Shown: positions 51,631-63,300, numbered from the stretch's first letter. The stretch: 64,000 bases of DNA from Janthinobacterium sp. (GCA_003133225.1 PKWL01000023.1:6531-70530), one strand, 5' to 3'. A program made the numbers and translations. The notes: generated by a model not told the origin, from the sequence alone.

Positions 51631-51707
51631 TGGGAGCGGGCGAAGGGCAAACCCTGCTCGTTAGGCTGGGGAGATATTATACATTACCGATAATTCAAGC
51701 CTTGTGC
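51631..51707 (-). pseudogene. Degenerate tRNA-Gly(CCC) (pseudo-tRNA or att-site relic)
   Basis: 3' end AGGG-TTTG-CCCTT-CGCCCGC-T-CCCA matches the tRNA-Gly T stem, acceptor strand and CCA. CT-CCC-CA at the anticodon position and GGTAAT at the D loop. The 5' acceptor strand no longer pairs and the T loop is shortened. Span 77 nt. Confidence 0.68.
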
Positions 51708-52655
51708 GGTTTGCCTAATCTCCTGAGCCCGCCCCCGCAGTGTCTGGGCCGATTCAGCCGTAGGATGGCCAGCAAAAGCACGCTGTAAACATCATGCGGC
51801 GCCCCGGGCGCATGGCAACGACACCCCCCACTTTTTGTACGCCCTCATTTTGCGGCGCCTCTGCGGCCCGTGCGCTGCGCCACGGCGGCATCGAATAGCG
51901 GCCCCTCGTCCGATAGGTCGGCGCGAAAACCCATCCTCACCATGCTCCCAAGGCGGCGTCCTCACCCTCACGGCTCTGACGGCGCGGCAAAGAGCTTTTT
52001 AGGCCGTTGTGCCGCAGTCGGCGTCGCTTCTGCCAAAGTCGGCGTCGGCAGCGTGCAACGGTTCGTTTTGCCGTCGGCGCGCCGAGCAGCCGGGGAAATT
52101 TGCGATAGCGCAATAGCAACGTCAATTTGATCAAGCGTGCGAGCAATATCGGGTAGCCTAGTCCTTGATGCTTTCCATGCCGGAACATCTTCGAACTGGA
52201 GGGCGGAGCTTGAAACGGGCGAAAATGAAGCGGCGAGCGTTGGACGGACCCGGTCAGCCACAGCGGCGTGGGCTGGGCGATCAAATGGTTGTGCCCGGCG
52301 TACCCGTGTGCCGGCATGGCCCGGGTTTTTTGCTTGCTGCCTGGCGCTGGCCGGTGCCCAAGTTGGCGCCCGACAAATGGGCAAGCGCTTCAATATTCAA
52401 AGGGCTGTGTCGCACCAGGCTAGCGCATCGCTACTGCGAAATGGCAGAAGATGGCTATGGTTATTAACGAAAGGCATCGACCACTTCGCGTTCCGCCTCC
52501 TTTCACTCCCAGGCGTGAAGGCCAAGGTTTCTCGGAGCAAATATGATGAAAAAAACCATCCGAATGAGCCGCTATACATGCACGCATCCACACTGCCCTG
52601 CTTCCCAGGCGGCGCTTGCATTCGCGGCTCGAATGCTAAAGCAGACGCTGACCCG

Positions 52656-55601
52656 ATGACCAGCGCGCCCCCGGCCCATGAGGCGCACCCCAAATTGCCG
52701 CGGGCGATCGCCTGTCTTGCCTGGGTAGGTGGAACGGTGGTGACCCTGCTGGTGCCATTGATTTTTCTCGCCATTGGCTACCAGAGCGAGGTCGCGCCAT
52801 TGGAGGCGGTGCTCCAGCTTGGCGTGCAGGGCATTTCCAAGCAATCTCAGATCCGCGCCGGCAGCGAGGTGGCCGAACTGCGCTCTGCGCAAGAGTTGGC
52901 AAAATCCTTGGCCTGGCTCGGGGACAAAACCAGCATCCGCATCACGGGCGCGAAAAATCGGATATTGGCCGAGGAAGATCGTGGCCTCAGCCGTCCCCTC
53001 ATGACCCGCAGCGCGACCGTAGACCAAGGCGCGAGGGGCATATGGACGCTCGAGTTGAGCCGCTCTTTGCTGCCGTTGTTGATCGTTGTGCTCTTGGTAT
53101 TTGCCCCGGGGCTGCTGCTCGGCTTGGTGACCTTCTTCGCCCTCAAGGCGGTGCCCATGCGCGCTTTCCATCTGGCTTTGCAGGAAATCGCCGTGCGCAA
53201 GACGACGGAGGAGCGCCTGGCAAAATCCTTGTCGATCTTCTCCGCTACTCTCGAATCGACGACCGACGGAATTTTCGTCACCGATGTGCATGGTCGGGCG
53301 GTGATCGCCAACCAACGCTTCGTCGATTTGTGGAATCTGCCCGGATCGGCCGGGACCGGCTTTGCCGACCGCGAAACTCTGGTCACGCTGGCAGATCAGT
53401 TGCGCGACCCGCAAGCGTTCTTAACCACGCAGAAAGATTTGACCAAGCACATCGGCATAGACCATGGCGCCATTCTCGAGTTGCGGGACGGGCGGCTATT
53501 CGAGTGGAATTCGCGCCCCCAGTATGTCGACGGCAACGTGGCGGGGCGGGTTTCAAGCTTTCGCGACATCAGCCAACGCAAACGGGCCGAATCGCTTTTG
53601 GCGGCAGAGAAAGAGGTGCTTGAAATGGTCGTTTGTGGAACTCCCCTGAGGTCAGCCCTAGATGTCCTAGCACGCCATGTGGAAGTTCTTTCAGGGCAGA
53701 TGTTCTGCGCCATCTTGTTCCGGGAAAACAACGAAGATAGTGATCTCATGTGTGCCACCGGCCCCAGTCTGCCGCGTGCCGTCACGGAGAGCATACTCGA
53801 TCTCGGGCAAGCCGCCTTGGGCGCCGTCTTCGCCGACCTGAGAAAAAAAGGTGACTTGCAAGAGCACGGGCTATCGGATGAATTTAGCGGCGTAATCGAA
53901 AACATCGAGGTCAATCCCGCTTGGGCCGGATATCGGGATTTGTTATCCAAGCAGGGAATTCAGACCTGCTTTGCGGTGTCCATCCGATCATCTGCAAGGC
54001 ACCTGCTTGGGCTCATCGTGGCACACTACCGCAATTCGCTCGACCAGTCGCCCCATGACCGGGAGTTGATCTGGGTCGCCGCCCACCTAACTAGCATTGC
54101 CATCGAGCGGCGCCAGGCCGAAGCCCGATTACAAGTCTTGGCGCACTATGACGCCCTAACGCTCTTGCCGAACCGCGATTTGTTCCGTGATCGCCTGAAC
54201 CACGCCTTGACCCGCGCCGAACGGCAAAAAAGCTTGATTGCTGTCATGTTCCTAGATCTGGATCGATTCAAGACGATCAACGACACCTTAGGCCACGATT
54301 CGGGCGACATTTTGCTGCGCGAAGTGTCGGCACGACTGCAGCGGTGCGTGCGCGAGGAGGACACCGTCGCTCGCCTCGGGGGCGATGAGTTCACCGTGAT
54401 CCTCGAGCAAATTAACAAGCCGGAAGACGCCGCCACAGTCGCCGCAAAGATCATCGAAGCCTTGGCTCCGCCTATCCTCTTGAGCGGCCATGAGACCTTC
54501 ATCACGCCTAGCATCGGCGTCACCATTTACCCTTGGGACAGTGCCCATGCCGAGACCCTCCTCAAGAACGCCGACACCGCCATGTACCGCGTCAAACAGG
54601 AGGGAGGCAACGGCTACCGCTTCTTCACCCCTGAAATGAACACCTTGAGCGCAGGCCGCCTGGAAATGGAAAGCGGCCTGCGCCGCGCCTTGGAGCGGGA
54701 AGAATTCGTCGTCTATTATCAGCCCAAGGTCAATCTGGCGAGCGGAGCGATCATCGCCGCCGAGGCCTTATTGCGCTGGAAGCACCCGGAGCGCGGTATC
54801 ATTTCGCCGTGCGAATTTATTCCGATCCTGGAAGAGACCGGTCAGATCGAACAAGTGGGCGAATGGGTGCTAAAGACCGTGTGCACCCAGATTCGCGCCT
54901 GGCAGGATGCCAAGCTGCCGTCCTTGAACGTGGCCGTGAATCTTTCTGCTAGGCAACTGCAACGCAACAACCTGTCCACCACCATCGCCGGAATTCTTGA
55001 AGAGACGGGACTAGATCCAAGTTTTCTGGAGCTGGAAGTCACCGAGAGCATGCTGATGCACGACCCCAAATACGCCGTCGACATGCTCATGCAGATCCGC
55101 GCCAAGGGAGTGGTGCACATCGACGTGGACGATTTTGGCACCGGCTATTCGTCCTTGAGTTACCTCAAGCGCTTTCCCATCGATGCCCTCAAACTCGACA
55201 AGTCCTTCGTCGACGGTCTGCCCCACGACGAAGACGATATTGCCATCTGCCGCGCCGTCATCGCCTTAGCCCACAGCCTCAAACTTCATGTCATTGCCGA
55301 AGGGGTAGAGAACGATGAGCAACTCGCCTTCCTCCGCCATAACGGCTGCGACGTTATCCAAGGCTACATCGTTAGCCCGCCCGTTCCCGCCGAAGCCTTC
55401 GCGCAACTGGTGCGCGAGCACCAGCAGAACCCCCGTTGGTTCGCTGAGGCTGGCAACCCACGCGCCGTTCTCATCGACCATCCCCACAAGTTAGCGCCGT
55501 CCCAAGCCGCGCGTCGCACTGGCGCCCCCTCTGGAATAACGCAAGCCTATCCGGCCAACAACAGCGAGCGCCTATCGGTAGTGCCGCGCGACGTTGCCTG
55601 A
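52656..55601 (+). CDS. Membrane-bound PAS-GAF-GGDEF-EAL diguanylate cyclase/phosphodiesterase
   Basis: Two TM helices, PAS (LESTTDGIFVTD), GAF, FLDLDRFK.INDTLGH, RxxD I-site (REED) then RLGGDEF, EALLRW, DDFGTGYSSL. Start uncertain (52578 or 52656; ORF open from 52137). Confidence 0.93.
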   Translation: MTSAPPAHEAHPKLPRAIACLAWVGGTVVTLLVPLIFLAIGYQSEVAPLEAVLQLGVQGISKQSQIRAGSEVAELRSAQELAKSLAWLGDKTSIRITGAKNRILAEEDRGLSRPLMTRSATVDQGARGIWTLELSRSLLPLLIVVLLVFAPGLLLGLVTFFALKAVPMRAFHLALQEIAVRKTTEERLAKSLSIFSATLESTTDGIFVTDVHGRAVIANQRFVDLWNLPGSAGTGFADRETLVTLADQLRDPQAFLTTQKDLTKHIGIDHGAILELRDGRLFEWNSRPQYVDGNVAGRVSSFRDISQRKRAESLLAAEKEVLEMVVCGTPLRSALDVLARHVEVLSGQMFCAILFRENNEDSDLMCATGPSLPRAVTESILDLGQAALGAVFADLRKKGDLQEHGLSDEFSGVIENIEVNPAWAGYRDLLSKQGIQTCFAVSIRSSARHLLGLIVAHYRNSLDQSPHDRELIWVAAHLTSIAIERRQAEARLQVLAHYDALTLLPNRDLFRDRLNHALTRAERQKSLIAVMFLDLDRFKTINDTLGHDSGDILLREVSARLQRCVREEDTVARLGGDEFTVILEQINKPEDAATVAAKIIEALAPPILLSGHETFITPSIGVTIYPWDSAHAETLLKNADTAMYRVKQEGGNGYRFFTPEMNTLSAGRLEMESGLRRALEREEFVVYYQPKVNLASGAIIAAEALLRWKHPERGIISPCEFIPILEETGQIEQVGEWVLKTVCTQIRAWQDAKLPSLNVAVNLSARQLQRNNLSTTIAGILEETGLDPSFLELEVTESMLMHDPKYAVDMLMQIRAKGVVHIDVDDFGTGYSSLSYLKRFPIDALKLDKSFVDGLPHDEDDIAICRAVIALAHSLKLHVIAEGVENDEQLAFLRHNGCDVIQGYIVSPPVPAEAFAQLVREHQQNPRWFAEAGNPRAVLIDHPHKLAPSQAARRTGAPSGITQAYPANNSERLSVVPRDVA

Positions 55602-55671
55602 CGCTTCCCTACTAGGGTCGAGCACGCTGTCCTCCTGTGCCGCCATCGGCGGCATCCTTTGGCGGGCGTCA

Positions 55672-56436
55672 TTAGGGCGGCGCGCGCTTCGGGTAACGCA
55701 CGCGATACCACAGTAAGCCGAGCCATTCATGGAGCGCCGAATACGTCCGTTGCAGTCCTTTCCCGCCCGGCAAAAAACTGGAAAATGTGAGCCGGTCACG
55801 ACTCAAAAATAACGTGGGGGCGGCAACCACGGCAAAACCATTCTGTTCAAAAATTGCTTTCGCACGGGGCATATGCATCGCATCAGTGACCAGCAGAATG
55901 CGCTCAATGCCTTCAGGCCCCAGCATTTTGGCCGTCAATGCCGCATTTTCAGCGGTCGTGTTCGAACGTTGTTCCCGCCATCGAACCGGAACTGCGAATT
56001 CATCGGTCATGACGCGCGCCATCGTCACAGCTTCCGCTTCCGGGGCACCGTCCGGCGCCCCGCCCGACACCAGCACGGGCAGAGCGGTGAGTCGATGCAG
56101 CCGGGCCGCATATAAAATACGGGCGAGAGTATGCTCGCCCGGCATAGCGCGCCCTCCATATTCGGGCGCATCGGAAAGCCGGCCGCCGCCCAGCACCACG
56201 ATTGCTTGCGCTCTGGTATTTTTTGCCAAGACCAGTACGTCCGTTTGCGTCTCGAGCGGCAGCACCAGAAGCCGGGATCCGGCCACCGTGCTAAATATCG
56301 CCAGCGTCGCCAAGGCCGTCATACTGAGCGTGAGTCCAAGGCGCGGGCGCCGACGGCGCAGGGCCAGACCGAGCACGCACAAAAGGATGCAGTTCAAAGG
56401 AGGCAGTAGCAACGCACTGATGATATTGGTGGCCAT
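55672..56436 (-). CDS. YdcF/ElyC (DUF218) envelope protein
   Basis: N-terminal TM, IVVLGGG, VSGG, EQRSNTTAENA, LLVTDAMHMPRA, HEWLGLLWY. Confidence 0.92.
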   Translation of the reverse strand: MATNIISALLLPPLNCILLCVLGLALRRRRPRLGLTLSMTALATLAIFSTVAGSRLLVLPLETQTDVLVLAKNTRAQAIVVLGGGRLSDAPEYGGRAMPGEHTLARILYAARLHRLTALPVLVSGGAPDGAPEAEAVTMARVMTDEFAVPVRWREQRSNTTAENAALTAKMLGPEGIERILLVTDAMHMPRAKAIFEQNGFAVVAAPTLFLSRDRLTFSSFLPGGKGLQRTYSALHEWLGLLWYRVRYPKRAPP

Positions 56437-56866
56437 CGAATTTCCGGGAAGGTTAATCTGAGCTCGCACCGTGCAAGCTACGCTCTATGTAGAGCTTGGC
56501 ACGGAGCCAACTCGTGTCCTGTCGCAGATAGCCAAAAATAAGGTCGGCACCTTTGGCGCGCACAAGACGGAGTCCCTCAAAGCCTTGCCTTCGCCACTCA
56601 GCGCTCATGATATGAGTGGCAATGGCGTGGCGTCGTGGCCGCAAAGTTTCCAGTGCGCCAGTCGTACTCCATCTCCGCCCACGCCCGCGCTTGGCGGCAG
56701 CTTGCGCGGGTTCGCCGCGCGAGCGAAGTCTGTCCGGGTCGCTCACCATACCTCACCATAAGCCTCCCATGCAAGACAGCCTTCGATTGGAAACGCGGCC
56801 GGCACGACGGCGAACGGCGGGGCAGGCCCCCTTGTTTTCGCTGTCCTCGATCTGGCCGCAGATAAA

Positions 56867-56880
56867 TTGATTTAAATCAA
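56867..56880. promoter_or_regulatory. FNR-type box
   Basis: TTGAT-TTAA-ATCAA is a perfect consensus, inside the 22-bp palindrome TAAATTGATTTAAATCAATTTA (56863-56884). Confidence 0.85.
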
Positions 56881-57296
56881 TTTACAAAAATTGATTTATG
56901 GAAATATAGATACTGTCTTCAAAGATTTTCTAAGCTTGAAAAGTGACATCCAGCCAGTGTTGGCAGCGTCCAGTTGGCAAATCCGTCCCTTCCGCGCTCG
57001 GCGGGTAGGCAAGCTCGGCCACAATTGAAACGATTGTTAATGAACGCGACAGCTACTGTAGCGCAAAGTGCTTGGCAATCAAGTGACGGCAACGACTTTG
57101 ACGCCGGAGCCGGTGAAAGGGCCGCGTTTTCTATGTGGCCGGCGTTATGGCGGCGATCGCCGCCACGGCTGCGCTGGCCTCGAACCGGTACAGCCGGCGT
57201 GTCAGTTTAGCGGCCCTTGAGGGCATGCGGTGCAACATAAGGTGACGGTTCACACGGCAGTTAATCCCGATTTTTTAAAATAAATGAAAGATCACC

Positions 57297-59000
57297 ATGA
57301 AAATTGCTTCCAAAATTCAACTGCTATGCATCGGGCTGGTGTCCGCTTTGGTCATGTCCGGTGTACTGACGCTGTGGCAGTCGAACGCCTCCCAGTCGTC
57401 CAACGAACGCGCTTACAAAGCGGAAACACTGGCAGCGAGCTATCTGGCCGATGCCAACAGTTCGCTATGGGCCTTGCGCTGGGGCGTGGCCCAGTTTCTC
57501 GCGCTGACCGATTCAGAAAAACGGCAACAGCTGATCAAAAGCGACAAGCAACACTATGATGACTTTGAACGGCATATACAGTTGTTTTCTGAGCAACCAA
57601 TTTCCGACGCCGGGCGCGCGCTCCTTGAAAATCTGCAGGAAAACTTCAAGAAATATGCCACCGCCCGTATGCACTGGCTTGACCTGATGAGCGAAGGCAA
57701 GACAGAGCAAGCCACAGCGCTACGCGCGCAGGTGCTCACGCCGGCTGGAACTGCAACCGTCGCCGCCATTAGCAAACTGGTGGACATCGTGCGCAAAGAT
57801 GCCGCGACGGCGTTTCGTGAGCGAAATGCCAATTTGCAGTCCACGGCGACATGGCTGCTAGTTGGCTGCTCGTTGGTAATTACGGTGGCCGTGCTGTTTG
57901 TCACCCTATTGTTGCGCAGCATGAAGGTCCGTTTTACGTTGGCGGCAAGCCAGGCACACGCGATGGCCAAGCTCAATTTGGAGTGCGCCATGGCCGAGCA
58001 TGGCAATGACGAAGTAAGCGAGATCGTTGCTGCGTTAAACGAAGTGCGCAACAAGATGGCGGGCGTCGTCTCCACCGTCCGTCAGGGGGCCGAAGAGGTG
58101 GCCGCAGCCAGTGCCGGGATTGCCCAGGGTAATAGCGACCTGGCCGCCCGCACCGAGGAACAGGCCAGTTCGTTGGAAGAAACCGCCGCCTCGATGGAAG
58201 AACTGACCACCACCGTGAAGCAAAATGCCGACAACGCGCGCCAGGCCAATCAAATGGCAACTTTTGCATCCGAAGTCGCCGTCAAGGGTGGCGCAGTGGT
58301 GTCGCAAGTGGTGGCGACGATGGCTTCGATCAACGCGTCGTCGAAAAAGATTGTTGACATCATTGGCGTGATCGATGGCATCGCGTTCCAAACCAACATC
58401 CTGGCGCTCAACGCGGCGGTGGAAGCGGCGCGTGCCGGCGAACAAGGCCGCGGCTTTGCCGTCGTGGCCACCGAAGTGCGCAATCTGGCCCAGCGCAGCG
58501 CGGCAGCAGCGAAAGAAATCAAGACCTTGATCAGCGTTTCGGTTGAAAAAGTTGACGCTGGCAGCAAGCTGGTTGGCGAAGCTGGCAGCACCATGGAGGA
58601 AGTGGTCGCTAGCGTGCGCCGCGTGACCAACATCATGGGCGAGATCACTTGCGCAAGCCAAGAACAAAGTATCGGCATCGAACAGGTCAATCAAGCGATC
58701 GCGCAAATGGATCAAGTGACGCAACAAAATGCCGTATTGATTGAAGAGGCGGCCGCAGCGGCGGTGAGCCTGCAAGTTCAGGCAAACAATCTGGCGCAAG
58801 TGGTGGACGTGCAGGTGGAGGGAGTATTCCGGCGTGACGGCATACCTGCCGCCCCATTAGCGTCACCGGCGATACGGTTGCAGCAATCGAAGGTGGCGGC
58901 ACTGGCCGGAAAAACCGCAAAGGCGCCGCATATAGCCCGCTCTTCTACGGCAATGAGAAGCGGTGAACGTTTATCCTTGATGCCGGCGCCGTACGCGTGA
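57297..59000 (+). CDS. Methyl-accepting chemotaxis protein (TM-4HB-TM-HAMP-MA)
   Basis: [60 protein letters not shown]; no C-terminal xWxxF pentapeptide. Confidence 0.97.
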   Translation: MKIASKIQLLCIGLVSALVMSGVLTLWQSNASQSSNERAYKAETLAASYLADANSSLWALRWGVAQFLALTDSEKRQQLIKSDKQHYDDFERHIQLFSEQPISDAGRALLENLQENFKKYATARMHWLDLMSEGKTEQATALRAQVLTPAGTATVAAISKLVDIVRKDAATAFRERNANLQSTATWLLVGCSLVITVAVLFVTLLLRSMKVRFTLAASQAHAMAKLNLECAMAEHGNDEVSEIVAALNEVRNKMAGVVSTVRQGAEEVAAASAGIAQGNSDLAARTEEQASSLEETAASMEELTTTVKQNADNARQANQMATFASEVAVKGGAVVSQVVATMASINASSKKIVDIIGVIDGIAFQTNILALNAAVEAARAGEQGRGFAVVATEVRNLAQRSAAAAKEIKTLISVSVEKVDAGSKLVGEAGSTMEEVVASVRRVTNIMGEITCASQEQSIGIEQVNQAIAQMDQVTQQNAVLIEEAAAAAVSLQVQANNLAQVVDVQVEGVFRRDGIPAAPLASPAIRLQQSKVAALAGKTAKAPHIARSSTAMRSGERLSLMPAPYA

Positions 59001-59687
59001 CTGAAGGGGAATTGTTGAAGACGGCAACGGCGCGGAAGAGGCGCGCCAAAGAGTGCGGTTTTGCCATGCCGGCATGCGAGGTGCGGCATCCGATCCGTGC
59101 GGACACCGACTCCGGGTACAGACAAAATTGATTTTTTTCGACGATGGCGAAAAGCGGCCTCGTGGCAGTGGGCAGGGCCAAATTGGCCGCGCGCACTTTT
59201 CCCGCCACGATCGCGCCATCAGTTCTGCGGCCGACCGCCTTGGCCGACCGCTTTATTTCTTGGTTGGGGCTAGCCATCGCATCCCTGGCACAGCAGATTG
59301 TAAAGCCCGCCGCGGCTGCCATGGGTTATCCTATTTACGCCAGTTGATCACCTTCTAACGGTTTTTTTCGATCCGGGTGACGATGCTGTTACGGCTCGAT
59401 TTCTCTGCGAGTGAAATAAAAGTCATGCCGGACTGTCTTTTCCACTCCAAAAAAAGATTTATTCCATCGCATCCATAGAAACCACGCCTGCTCCAGTTTT
59501 TTTCAACCTATCATTTATGCATATCTATTTCGTGCCAATTAGCGTAAAAATACGCAACTTGGGGCGCTATAATGTTTTATGGCAAGTTAGCGTGGCGAGC
59601 CGTTGGTCCATGCCCAAAGTGGACCGCGCACATGTCGCCGTCGATGGAAAAATTATTGGATATTTTTGCCTTTTTGGGTCGAGAACT

Positions 59688-60380
59688 ATGAGAAATAATA
59701 CCTTCCGACGGTTTCGAAAGATGGCATTGCTCATTGGACTCGTTGGGGCGATGAATTCGGTGCTGGCGGCGCCTACTATACTTGCCGGCGCAAAGTTGGC
59801 CCAATTGAGTTCCCTGCTAGGCGAACTGCGCAGCGGTGGATTCGTCATCTATTTTCGGCACGGCCCGACGGATCAAACGGATTCCCGGGACGACGAGGCA
59901 AACCTGATGAAGTGTGAAACGCAGCGCAACCTCTCCGTCGAAGGGCGCAACCAGGCAATCCAAATCGGGAAGGCGTTCCAAGCGCTAAGAATCCCCGTCG
60001 GTACCGTGACGACGAGCCCGTTTTGCCGATGTAAGGAGACGGCAAAACTCGCATTTGGCCACTTTAGCGTCAGCCAGGACCTCTACTTTTCCATCGGCAC
60101 CAATGCCAGCGAAACCAAACGATACACGGAATCCCTGCGCCGGATGTTGTCGACGCCGCCAGTAAAAGCGACCAATGCAGTCATCGTCTCCCACAGCGCC
60201 AATCTGCGCGAAGCGGCCGGTATTTGGCCCAAGCCGGAAGGCGTGGCCTATGTTTTCCGGCCAATGCCCGGCGGGCAATTTGAGCCAATAGCCATGGTTC
60301 TGCCAGAGGATTGGAGCACGCTCGCCAAGCTCAACGCGCCCAGCAGGCCCAAAGCAAGCCCCGCTGCTGGAGCGCCATAA
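59688..60380 (+). CDS. Exported histidine phosphatase-superfamily protein
   Basis: Signal peptide-like N-terminus, YFRHG, QRNLSVEGRNQA, TSPFCRCKETA, IVSHSAN. Start at 59688 is inferred. Confidence 0.88.
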   Translation: MRNNTFRRFRKMALLIGLVGAMNSVLAAPTILAGAKLAQLSSLLGELRSGGFVIYFRHGPTDQTDSRDDEANLMKCETQRNLSVEGRNQAIQIGKAFQALRIPVGTVTTSPFCRCKETAKLAFGHFSVSQDLYFSIGTNASETKRYTESLRRMLSTPPVKATNAVIVSHSANLREAAGIWPKPEGVAYVFRPMPGGQFEPIAMVLPEDWSTLAKLNAPSRPKASPAAGAP

Positions 60381-60385
60381 TCAAC

Positions 60386-63300
60386 ATGCGAAACAATGTG
60401 ATTCGTTATTTTCGGAGCTTTTCTCTTCGACAGCGCTTCCTCGTCGCTCCCCTCTTAGGCTTGGTTGTGTGCAGCCTGCTTGCGGCCGCCTTCGTCTACG
60501 AATCCCAGCGCCAGAACGTCCTGTTTACCCACATCACGGAACAAGGTTTGAAGTCGTTCAATCGCTATGCCGATGTGTTCGTCGATCTGACCGAGCAGCA
60601 CACAGCAATATACGATCTACTCTATAGCGCCGGAAAAATCGATGAGGCGACTTTGTACGATCAGGCCAAACAACACTTGTATCAGATTCAGGAAGCCATA
60701 CGCGAACTCGAGCAAGCCTTGCCGCCCACGAACAGCAGCATGGGCCCCGATTTCAGCGCCCGTCGAAATGAACTATCGGCCGATGGGCAAGCGTACCGGA
60801 AGGCGATCAATGCTGCCGTGAAAATGGCCACGGTCAACTTGGCGCTGGCGCCACAGCAACTTATTCTTGCGAACCGACGATTTTCCCTCTTGAGCCGCTC
60901 CTTTGCCAGGATTCTCGATTTAGAACAGCGGGCGATCAATGTCGATATTGCCGCGAGAGTCCGGCAGAGCCAGATCAGCAGTACCGCCATTGCCTTAATA
61001 GGAATTTTGGTTGCAGCGTTGCTGCTCTTTTTATCCCAAGTTTTGTCGCGGGTACTGTCGCGCTCGATTGAAACACAAATTGGTCTCCTGACGGAACTCG
61101 GGACTCAGGCGGGGGCCCGCTCGGTAAGAGGTGGCGGCGACGAAGTCGACAGAATGACCCATGCGATCGCGGCCTTCAGACAGTCGTTGCTGGAGCTGCG
61201 CGAAAGTGAGCGGCGCTTCAGCGACATGATGCGAAATGTGGAGCTCGTTTCCGTGATGCTCGACAGCGCAGCCCGGATCACCTATTGCAACGAGTATCTG
61301 CTCCGGCTGACCGGTTGGCAATACGAGGAAGTGATCGGGTGCGACTGGTTCGCGCTTTTCATCGCGCCCGAAATTCACCAATTGAAAAACTCGTTTTTCC
61401 CGGACATCCTTGCCAACCGGCCTGGCGCCATGCATGACGAGAACGAGATCCTCACCCGCTCGGGTGAGCGCCGGCTCATTCGCTGGAACAATTCAGTGCT
61501 GCGCTCGGGAGCGGGCACGGTGATTGGAACGGCAAGCATCGGCGAAGACATCACCGAGCGCAAAGAGGCGGAAGCGAGGATCGCCTACCTGAACCGCGTA
61601 TACACCATGCTAAGCGGTATCAATGCGTTGATCGTGCGGGCGCGCGATCGCGACGAACTTTTCAAGGAAGCATGCCGGATCGCGGTAGAGGACGGCGGAT
61701 TCCGTATGGCCTTGGTCTCGATGATTGACCAGAACACCATGACGATGGTTCCGGTCGCGTCTAGGGGCAAGGATGAGGAGCTCCTAGCGACGATCACAAA
61801 TATTTTATCGTCGAGTGACAGCGCACAACGCACCATGTGTGCACGAGCGATCAGGGAAAAACGGGCCATTGTGTCCAACGCTTCTCAAAGGGACCACCAG
61901 GTAGTATTCAGTGCGAAATATGCGGAAGCGGGAGTCCGCTCGATGGTTCTGTTTCCACTGATTGTCTCGGATGAAGCAGTAGGCGTGCTAGGCCTGTATG
62001 CGAGCGAGGTCGAATTCTTCCACGAAGAAGAGATGAAGCTGTTGACCCAACTTGCCGGAGACGTTGGATTTGCAATTGACTACATCGCCAAGCAAGAGCG
62101 ACTCAATTATCTCGCCTACTACGACGTGCTGACGGGACTGGCGAACCGTTGCCAGTTTCTCGATCGGTTGGCGCAGTACATACTCAAGGCGATTGCCGGC
62201 GGCCATGAGCTGGCCTTGTTCGTGATCGACCTTGAGCGCTTCAAGAACATCAACGACAGCCTCGGCCGGCCGGCCGGCGACGCCTTGTTGCAGCGTGTAG
62301 CGGAGTGGCTGGTCAGCAAGGCAGGCGATATCAACCTCGTAGCGCGTGTCGGCGTGGACCAATTTGCAGTATTACTGCCGCAAATAATGGAGGGGCAAGA
62401 GGTAGCGCCGCTTCTCGAGAAATGGATAGAAGCTTTTTTGAACCAGCCGTTTCGGCTGAATGACGCGGTGTTCCGGATCGCCGCCAAAGTTGGGGTAGCG
62501 CTATTTCCAAATGACGGCGCAAACGCCGACACCTTGTTTAAGAACGCCGAGTTTGCGCTGAAAAAGACCAAGGCCAGCGGCGATCGATTCCTGTTCTACA
62601 CCCATAAAATGACGGAAGCAATGGCTGGCCGGCTCACCCTCGAAAATCAATTGCGCCATGCGCTAGACGCCGGTGAATTCGTGCTTCATTATCAGCCGAA
62701 AATCAACCTTGCCAGCGGCAAGCTCACCAGCGCCGAGGCGCTGATACGGTGGGAGGATCCACACACTGGGCTGGTACCGCCGGGCCGGTTCATCCCGATC
62801 CTGGAAGAAACCGGAATGATTTATGAAGTGGGACGCTGGGCGCTGCGGCGCGCCATCGAAGACTATCTGCGCTGGCGCGCCGCAGGCCTGCCTGCCGTAC
62901 GCATTGCCGTGAACGTGTCGCCATTGCAGCTGCGCAATCACGGCTTCGTCGCCGAAATCGCGCAAGCGATTGGCGTCGATGCCAATGCGGCGGCAGGACT
63001 GGAACTCGAGATCACTGAAAGTTTGATCATGGAGGATGTCGCGCACAGTATTGCCAGCTTGAAGGCAATCCGCGCCATGGGTGTTAGCATCGCCATCGAC
63101 GATTTCGGCACGGGCTTCTCCTCCCTTAGCTACCTCGCCAAACTGCCGGTGGATACGCTGAAGATCGACCGCTCGTTCATTATCGACATGACCACCGGGC
63201 CGGAGGGTCGGGCAATTGTGTCCACCATCATCGAGCTGTCTCATGCTTTGAACCTCAAAGTGGTAGCGGAGGGCGTCGAAACCGAGCAGCAATCGCGCTT

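Noticed and set aside
56975-57290. c-di-GMP or cobalamin riboswitch in the MCP leader
   Set aside because: Only fragments (GAAA loop, CCGGTGAAA, CGCAAAG) occur, without the correct order or paired stems.
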